From positions 8,639 to 72,638 of the forward strand of contig CAYTPK010000022.1 in assembly GCA_964439905.1 (NCBI GenBank): 64,000 nucleotides of DNA, written 5' to 3'. The stretch comes from an uncultured Dehalococcoidia bacterium (GTDB lineage Bacteria; Chloroflexota; Dehalococcoidia; Lucifugimonadales; GCA-2712585). The notes under the pieces were generated by a model, which was given only the letters and a program-made list of their open reading frames with translations, was not told the origin of the DNA and searched no databases. A program made the translations under genes and the position numbers. This document shows, piece after piece, positions 58,238 through 64,000 of the stretch. Position 1 is the first letter of the stretch. The number at the start of each line of letters is the position of its first letter.

Positions 58238-60511
58238 CTACTCGCATTTGTTCCATCCACAAGACATACATGCCAGGCAACCTTCCTGAAAAATTAAGTT
58301 TCCGTTACAGTGAACGCACTTGGTTTGCGAGTTGTTTACAATCCCAGTCGTTGTTCCATTACCGCTATGATGATTACCGTTGCCGTTACCATTCCCAAGG
58401 TTGGTAGAAGGCTTCGCAGGAGCTGTTCCAGCAGTGAATCCCAGACCTAATTGTGCGGCCTGTAGCGTATCTACTTTTCTACTTGAAGTATTTGTTATGT
58501 GTCGTTCTAGTGCTAGGGCCACGGCATCCGCGGGCGATCCCACTAAAACACCTTGATCCCATGCGGGCACACTGGTAATGCCGCGTAACTGCTCCACGAT
58601 AGAATTAGGCTCGACCCCTGACCTTAAGGCTAAAGAAATGAGCCTAGAAACGGCCTCCAGGTTAGCTGACTCACTACCGCCAGCTTTGCCTAAGGTAGAA
58701 AAAACTTCAAACGGAATGCCCTCCTCATCAAAATTAATAGTAATGTATAAATTCCCGTGACCAGTTCGAATACGTTCGGTAACGCCCCTCATGGATTGGG
58801 GCCTTTCTCTAGGAGTCAATTTGCCCGATGGCTGATCATTGTTTGTGGTAGCCGCTTTTGCTGAAGGAACTTCTAGTACCTGTGTGGGTTTCGATCCATC
58901 ACGATAAACAGTAATTCCTTTGCATTTCAGATCATATGAAAGCTCGTATGCAGCACGAATATCATCTCTTGTTCCACTGTGAGGCATGTTAATAGTTTTG
59001 CTAACTGCTAGATCGGTGTGTTTCTGAAATACGGCTTGCATCTTGATGTGATATTTGTAATCAATTTCCATGGCAGTTTTAAACAGTTGCTTTACGTCAT
59101 CGGGAACGTTTTCAATGTGTTGAACAGAACCGGTTCTTGCTACCTCTTCCATTAACTCTCCGCTATGGAATCCACGGTCCTTTGCCATCTGTTCGAAGTA
59201 TGGATTTACCTCAGTTAATTGTTTTCCATCCAATACGTTTTTGACGAATGCCACGGCGAATATTGGCTCTATACCGCTTGACGCTCCAGCGATAACACTT
59301 ATGCTCCCTGTAGGCGCAATACATGTTCTAGTGGAATTTCGGACAGAGGTTTTTTCTTTACAAGCTGGATAAGGGCCCCTTTCTACAGCCAAAGCCTCCG
59401 ATGTATCTCGGGCAGTTTTATCTATAAGGCTCATGACTTCCTCTGCTAAATCTAGCGCTTGAGGAGAGTCGTATGGTATACCCATCTTAACCAATAAATC
59501 ATGCCATCCCATAACCCCTAGACCGATTTTTCGGGTTGCGTCTACGGCCTCTCTTACCTCTTGAACAGGAAACTGGTTGATTGTGACTACGTTATCGAGA
59601 AAGCGGACACACTTTTTGGTAAGATCGACTAGGCCTGCGGAATCCAATATTCCATTCTCTCCAAATTTAGCTAGATTAATAGAGCCCAAATTACAAGCTT
59701 CATGAGCTAGCAAGGGGACTTCCCCACAGGGATTTGTACTGTCCAAATCGCCGAGATGAGGGGTGGGATTCGACCTATTTGCTTCATCGATAAAATACAT
59801 ACCTGGGTCCCCGGTTTTCCATGCGGAGTCTATAATTTCCTCCCAAATATCTCGTGCCATTAGGGTTGCTACCACCTTTTGTGTAGCGGGATCAATTAAA
59901 TCCCAGGAGCTGTTATCGGCAACAGCATTCATGAATTTATCTGTAATAGCTACAGAGACGTTAAAATTTTGGGCTTCCTTGTTTGTATCCTTTAGATGTA
60001 TGAAATCCATTATTTCGGGGTGGGATACGTGTAATATGCCCATATTGGCTCCGTGACGCTTGCCACCTTGGGTTATCATGTCGGATAGGGAACTCAGCAT
60101 TTTGAGCACTGAAACCGAGCCGCATGCATTTCCTTGTGTAGTGGATATCTTTGACCCTCTGTGGCGGAGTTTCGAAAAGGAATAACCTATCCCTCCACCG
60201 TATTTTTGGATCATGGCAGAGGTTGTAGCGGCTTTCATAATGCTGGTCATGGTATCTTCTACGGGGATTACGAAGCAGGCTGATAAAGTTCCTCGTCCAG
60301 TCCCCGCATTAAACAGCGTGGGGGAGTTAGGCATGAATTGGCATGATGTCATCATTTCATAAAAGGTGTTGGTCCACATTTCCTTATCGGTTTCAGGTTC
60401 AGACACTGCGCTAGCTACCCGTGCAAAAAGGTCTGCCGGCGTTTCATTCCCTATTAAGTACCGTGATTTAAGGACGATCTCTGCGTTTTCTGTTAATTGT
60501 AATGTGGTCAC
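58238..60511 (-). CDS. nrdJ: Class II (adenosylcobalamin-dependent) ribonucleotide reductase with C-terminal Cys-rich zinc-finger tail
   Basis: SACFV, NPCGEVPL (thiyl-radical Cys loop), TINMP. An Asn/Gly low-complexity linker is followed by CVHCNGNLIFQEGCLACMSCGWNKC. 757 aa. Confidence 0.9.
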   Translation of the reverse strand: MTTLQLTENAEIVLKSRYLIGNETPADLFARVASAVSEPETDKEMWTNTFYEMMTSCQFMPNSPTLFNAGTGRGTLSACFVIPVEDTMTSIMKAATTSAMIQKYGGGIGYSFSKLRHRGSKISTTQGNACGSVSVLKMLSSLSDMITQGGKRHGANMGILHVSHPEIMDFIHLKDTNKEAQNFNVSVAITDKFMNAVADNSSWDLIDPATQKVVATLMARDIWEEIIDSAWKTGDPGMYFIDEANRSNPTPHLGDLDSTNPCGEVPLLAHEACNLGSINLAKFGENGILDSAGLVDLTKKCVRFLDNVVTINQFPVQEVREAVDATRKIGLGVMGWHDLLVKMGIPYDSPQALDLAEEVMSLIDKTARDTSEALAVERGPYPACKEKTSVRNSTRTCIAPTGSISVIAGASSGIEPIFAVAFVKNVLDGKQLTEVNPYFEQMAKDRGFHSGELMEEVARTGSVQHIENVPDDVKQLFKTAMEIDYKYHIKMQAVFQKHTDLAVSKTINMPHSGTRDDIRAAYELSYDLKCKGITVYRDGSKPTQVLEVPSAKAATTNNDQPSGKLTPRERPQSMRGVTERIRTGHGNLYITINFDEEGIPFEVFSTLGKAGGSESANLEAVSRLISLALRSGVEPNSIVEQLRGITSVPAWDQGVLVGSPADAVALALERHITNTSSRKVDTLQAAQLGLGFTAGTAPAKPSTNLGNGNGNGNHHSGNGTTTGIVNNSQTKCVHCNGNLIFQEGCLACMSCGWNKCE

Positions 60512-60587
60512 CTTTTATTCCTCCTGAAGCATTAAAGAAAATTACGTCTATCAAGCAAATGATAGATTGCCTGCCATCACCGTCCTG

Positions 60588-60634
60588 GCACCAAATTTAG
60601 TATGTTTAGAGAACATTACCACAATATCTAGTAT
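60588..60634 (-). promoter_or_regulatory. Pair of NrdR-box-like sites upstream of nrdJ
   Basis: ccacaatatctagtat (60619-60634) matches 13/16 of the acaCwAtATaTwGtgt consensus as I recall it. gcaccaaatttagtat (60588-60603) matches 10/16. The start-to-start distance is 31 bp. The pair lies 77-123 bp upstream of the nrdJ ATG. Confidence 0.5.
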
Positions 60635-60821
60635 GCCGAAAAGGGTTTTTGGGCAAAAATTTTGACATTTGCTTTTTTCATAGTATTTCAGACTCTCTGT
60701 ACCAGATGAAGTTTGCACTTCTTTATTAAATCTAATCTCATAATAAACCTTATTTACCTTTCTTTAAATGGTTGCGACTATCTTCTTCTAAACTGTCCAA
60801 AAGCGGTCAGAAGACCCAAAT

Positions 60822-61070
60822 TTAATTAAGACAGAATGTTCTTGAGGCGCTTACTGTAAGGCACTGCCTAGAGGCAGACAACCTATAAATATACTGGGAT
60901 TGCCGAATATGTCTTCTAACGAGTCGTTTCTCTCGCATGCGTTCTAAAACCTGAGTGGCTTGAGAGTACGAAACTTTAAGGAGTTTAGAAAGTTCTGTAC
61001 GAGTGATACCGTCATTAGGGGTAATCACAGGGATCATCGTGTCGATTATAGCCATTCTGTTTTTATCCAT
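60822..61070 (-). CDS. Small winged-helix/HTH protein (hypothetical) between nrdR and nrdJ
   Basis: 82-aa ORF. GITRTELSKLLKVSYSQATQVLERMREKRLVRR looks like an HTH followed by a wing. AGGAG lies 10 nt upstream of the ATG. Starts 33 nt after the nrdR stop. Confidence 0.45.
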   Translation of the reverse strand: MDKNRMAIIDTMIPVITPNDGITRTELSKLLKVSYSQATQVLERMREKRLVRRHIRQSQYIYRLSASRQCLTVSASRTFCLN

Positions 61071-61103
61071 TTGATCCCAGCTCCTAAAATTATAATTATT
61101 GGC

Positions 61104-61658
61104 TTAACGAGAAATTCTGGCCCGTCTCCTTGGATTGTGTTTAGCAGGCGTAGGATCGGGGAACTCTACCCCCAAGAGAGAAAGTTGCGCTGAATTAATG
61201 GACGACTGACTCTTCTCGTCTTTAAGATCGCGTACTACTCGTTCAAAGCTCTCCAGATCCTGGAAATCCCGGTATACACTGGCCCATCTTACGTACGCTA
61301 CTCTGTCTAAGAGACGGAGCTTTTCCATAACCATCTCTCCAATTATAGAGGAACTAACTTCAGCTTTAGCCAATGACTGAAGATCGTTTTCAATGTCGGA
61401 CGCTACTTTTTCGATTTCTCGAATTGGTATTGGCCGTTTGGCACATGCTGTAATGATTCTAGACATAAGTTTATCCCTATCGAATTCTTGTCTAACACCA
61501 TCACGTTTGACTACCAATAATACTGAAGTTTGTAGGCGCTCGTAAGTTGTGAACCGCAGTCCACATCTTAAACATTCGCGTCTTCTCCTGACGCCGGCAC
61601 CGACCGATCGAGAGTCGGTTACCTTGGAATCTGGACTGGTACAATACGGACAACCCAT
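61104..61658 (-). CDS. nrdR: Transcriptional repressor NrdR
   Basis: Zn ribbon CPYC...CLRCG with VTDSR and RRRREC, followed by an ATP-cone domain. 184 aa. Confidence 0.95.
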   Translation of the reverse strand: MGCPYCTSPDSKVTDSRSVGAGVRRRRECLRCGLRFTTYERLQTSVLLVVKRDGVRQEFDRDKLMSRIITACAKRPIPIREIEKVASDIENDLQSLAKAEVSSSIIGEMVMEKLRLLDRVAYVRWASVYRDFQDLESFERVVRDLKDEKSQSSINSAQLSLLGVEFPDPTPAKHNPRRRARISR

Positions 61659-61681
61659 AACAACAGCTCTAGATATCTCCC

Positions 61682-61728
61682 TCCCTAATTTTTGTATCCT
61701 TTCTTGCCAATGCCACTACATATAGTAG
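61682..61728 (-). promoter_or_regulatory. Pair of NrdR-box-like sites upstream of nrdR (possible autoregulation)
   Basis: ccactacatatagtag (61713-61728, 12/16 to consensus) and tccctaatttttgtat (61682-61697, 10/16). Again 31 bp start-to-start. Same order of strong distal and weak proximal box as at nrdJ. Confidence 0.4.
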
Positions 61729-61802
61729 TTGACCTCCCTAGTGTATATCCCTTTGAGTTCTATCTGTCAAGGTTGGTTAAACGATAGGTCATCATTGATA
61801 GT

Positions 61803-61831
61803 TAAAAAGGAGGCCCCGAATTTTCGGGGCC
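61803..61831 (-). terminator. Rho-independent terminator downstream of ftsZ
   Basis: Minus strand GGCCCCGA-AAAU-UCGGGGCC (8-bp GC-rich stem) followed by CUCCUUUUU. Lies about 80 nt after the ftsZ stop. Confidence 0.7.
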
Positions 61832-61912
61832 TCGTGCAGGTTCCTGGAGCCAAAAAGTTCTGTCATTGAAAAGGAGGTACAATTGCCCGACTCCGGGAAT
61901 ATTACTCAAAGT

Positions 61913-63055
61913 TTATCCGAAGTAACCTTTAGTACGTGTAATTGCCTCTTTACGTAGAAAACTGGGTACATCGAGCTCGTCGCCATTTTGTACCACGCTA
62001 TCTCGAAGAAGACTTCTAAGTTCTTCCTGTCGTTGTAACAAGTTTTCGTTTGGAACTGGGAAGGATGCTGCTACCAAGGTGATTTTTACTTCGTCGTCCA
62101 TCTTGGGATCTTTCACTGTGCCGAATATGACGTTTGCTTCTGGATCCAACAATTCGTGTACTACTTCAGAAGCCTGTTGAACCTCTTTGAGACTGAGTGA
62201 AGGTCCCCCAGTCATGACGAATAATACTCGTTTCGCACCGTCGATTGCTATGTCTAAGAGAGGACTCTTTGTCGCTTCTTTGGCTGCTTCAACGGCTCGA
62301 TTCTCGCCTTTGCCTTTACCTATTGCTAGCCAAGCGGGTCCCGCATTGTGCATTATGGTACGTACATCAGCAAAATCTACGTTGATTTCGCCGGGAACCA
62401 TCACTACCTCGGCTACCGCTTGTATGCCTTGCTGTAAGACAGAATCCGCTAGGCGCAAAGCGTCGTCCCACGATTTTGTCTGTTCATTATGATGTTGGGT
62501 TTCCAAAAGTCTATCGTTGGGAATTGTGATCAAGGTATCTACATGTTCCACAAGTCGACCTATACCGTCATCCGCATTTTTTCTCCGAGTAGCTACTTCA
62601 AATCCGAAGGGTTTACTAACTACAGCTATGGTTAGTGCGCCAGCCTCTTTTGCTATCTGAGCGACTAGAGGAATAGATCCAGTGCCGGTCCCGCCTCCCA
62701 TACCTGCAGCGAGAAAGACCATATCAGCCCCGTGCATCATTTGTTCTAGTTGTTCTCGACTTTCTTCTGCTGCTTGCCTTCCTATTTCTGGATTACCGCC
62801 GACTCCTAGGCCTCTGGTTACCTTTTGTCCAATTGCCAGTTTATTGGGTACGTCACAACGGGTTAGATGTTGAGCATCTGTGTTTACCACGTAGTATTCC
62901 ACCCCGCTAATCTTTTCCTTGAACATACGATTGACTGCATTAGAACCACCACCACCAACGCCTATGACCTTAATCACCGGATTTCCATAGGGTTTAACCG
63001 AACCAGGTATAAAAGCGTTGATTTCTTCTTCGTGTTCCTTTTCTTGAAACTGCAT
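61913..63055 (-). CDS. ftsZ: Cell division GTPase FtsZ
   Basis: IKVIGVGGGGSNAVNRM and the tubulin signature GMGGGTGTGS. 380 aa. Confidence 0.95.
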   Translation of the reverse strand: MQFQEKEHEEEINAFIPGSVKPYGNPVIKVIGVGGGGSNAVNRMFKEKISGVEYYVVNTDAQHLTRCDVPNKLAIGQKVTRGLGVGGNPEIGRQAAEESREQLEQMMHGADMVFLAAGMGGGTGTGSIPLVAQIAKEAGALTIAVVSKPFGFEVATRRKNADDGIGRLVEHVDTLITIPNDRLLETQHHNEQTKSWDDALRLADSVLQQGIQAVAEVVMVPGEINVDFADVRTIMHNAGPAWLAIGKGKGENRAVEAAKEATKSPLLDIAIDGAKRVLFVMTGGPSLSLKEVQQASEVVHELLDPEANVIFGTVKDPKMDDEVKITLVAASFPVPNENLLQRQEELRSLLRDSVVQNGDELDVPSFLRKEAITRTKGYFG

Positions 63056-63087
63056 GATTTCCTCCTTTTTCTTTATTTGTTTTTTCC

Positions 63088-64000
63088 TTAAGTTTTTACT
63101 TCCATTACTTTCTTAATCCGAGATACGAGGGCCCTGTGACTCCAAGGTCGGCCACTATCGTTGGTAAAATTATGTACTCCTGGTGATGGCTGGAGATTCC
63201 ATAACAACATCCCAAGGACGGTGGAAAAAGAGGGCTGGTTTAGTTCTGGTGATAGTCCTTTAATTCCGCTCGGAGTTCCGATACGGACTGGGCAATGAAA
63301 TACTGTCTTTGCCAGTTCATCTAGGCCTTTTGTCGCAGCTACGCCCCCCGTGATTACAATTCCCCCTACGGGCATTTTGGTTAATCCCGCACTTTGGATT
63401 TTTAACATACACAACCCTAGGGTTTCCTCCAATCTGTCTATGATTGGACGACAAACCGTGGACCTTTTAATTTCCTTTCTAGGTCGGCCATTCAGGCTTG
63501 GGACCATACCCTCGGACTCGCATTGTTTGCTATTAGGATTAGCGTGTCCCCAAGCTACTTTGACTCTTTCGGCGAACTCCCATGGTATGTCGAGTGCCAC
63601 AGATAGATCGTTGGTTATTTGATTCCCACCTACTGGCAGGCAGCTGTGATACCAGAGAGAGCCGTTATTGAATACAGCGATTTCTGTGGTACCTGCACCT
63701 ATATCTATTAATACAGACCCTAATTCTTTTTGGTTTCTGGAAAGAGATGATTCAGCTGCAGCCAATGGACCTAAGACTAAGGGCTTGGCCCGTACTCCCG
63801 ATGATTGAACGGCTCCGAGTAGACCGTTCACTTGTTCTTGATCACCGAATACGACATATGATTCTACCTGTAGCCTACCTGCATGATAGCCGACAGGATT
63901 TCTAACCGATCTGGACCCATCTATTAAGAAACTAATAGGTATAACATGTATTACCGATTGATTTTGATGGGGTGTTGGGTAAGAAGTCTTTACTAGCTCC
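63088..64000 (-). CDS. ftsA: Cell division protein FtsA, 5' end outside window
   Basis: The frame stays open from 63831 to the window edge (…HVIPISFLIDGSRSVRNPVGYHAGRLQVESYVVFGDQEQVNGLL…). Actin-fold motifs DIGAGTTEI and VITGGVA. Lies directly upstream of ftsZ. Confidence 0.9.
   Translation of the reverse strand, partial: ELVKTSYPTPHQNQSVIHVIPISFLIDGSRSVRNPVGYHAGRLQVESYVVFGDQEQVNGLLGAVQSSGVRAKPLVLGPLAAAESSLSRNQKELGSVLIDIGAGTTEIAVFNNGSLWYHSCLPVGGNQITNDLSVALDIPWEFAERVKVAWGHANPNSKQCESEGMVPSLNGRPRKEIKRSTVCRPIIDRLEETLGLCMLKIQSAGLTKMPVGGIVITGGVAATKGLDELAKTVFHCPVRIGTPSGIKGLSPELNQPSFSTVLGMLLWNLQPSPGVHNFTNDSGRPWSHRALVSRIKKVMEVKT

Noticed and set aside
58340-58410. Short tandem GGT/AAC-type repeat near the 3' end of nrdJ
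   Set aside because: It is in frame and encodes an Asn/Gly low-complexity linker (NLGNGNGNGNHHSGNG) before the C-terminal zinc-finger tail. It is not a non-coding repeat.
60512-60821. Possible cobalamin riboswitch in the long nrdJ leader
   Set aside because: I could not find the conserved B12-box/GCCACUG core or the expected GC-rich helices. The region is AT-rich, and NrdR boxes explain the regulation better. An Rfam scan would settle it.

Overview
This 64-kb window is a moderately AT-rich bacterial chromosomal segment that is almost fully coding. I count about 60 protein genes, 5 tRNAs and one SRP RNA.

The content is mainly core housekeeping:
- DNA repair and recombination: uvrC, a XerC/D-type recombinase, a PHP phosphoesterase, an exonuclease-fused DinG, an OGG glycosylase, recJ.
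- tRNA and rRNA modification: mnmA, tsaB, tsaE, mtaB, rsmA.
- Thiamine: thiE, thiL.
- Nucleotide metabolism: nrdR, nrdJ, ndk.
- Cell division: ftsA, ftsZ, yggT.
- Lipid and isoprenoid: fabF, ispE, lgt.
- Energy: a membrane H+-pyrophosphatase, a 2-oxoacid:ferredoxin oxidoreductase, and a System I cytochrome c maturation cluster.
- Two small patches of catabolic hydrolases and flavoenzymes.

I saw no CRISPR array, transposase, prophage or recognisable defence island, so this is not a classic accessory region.

The gene content suggests a monoderm Chloroflexota (Dehalococcoidia/SAR202-like) genome. The supporting features are a translin homologue, a large Alu-domain SRP RNA, the DnaQ-DinG fusion, luciferase-like and ACAD-fold flavoenzymes, CocE/NonD and amidohydrolase_2 hydrolases, and a CxxxY CcmE. 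This taxonomic call is inference only.

The most unusual loci are:
1. A ccmABC-X-ccmE cluster in which X occupies the ccmD slot. X is a CcmE-paralogous OB domain fused to a CcmD-like helix, and CcmE itself is the Cys (CxxxY) variant.
2. Two tandem ACAD-fold flavoproteins that lack the canonical YEG catalytic motif. They are transcribed divergently from a luciferase-like oxidoreductase.
3. A cyclase / B12-radical-SAM / fabF gene string.
4. A translin-family gene translationally coupled into a thiE-hppA operon.
5. An nrdR / small wHTH / nrdJ locus with paired NrdR-box-like sites of identical architecture.

All functional calls come from motif recognition by eye. No database search was run.
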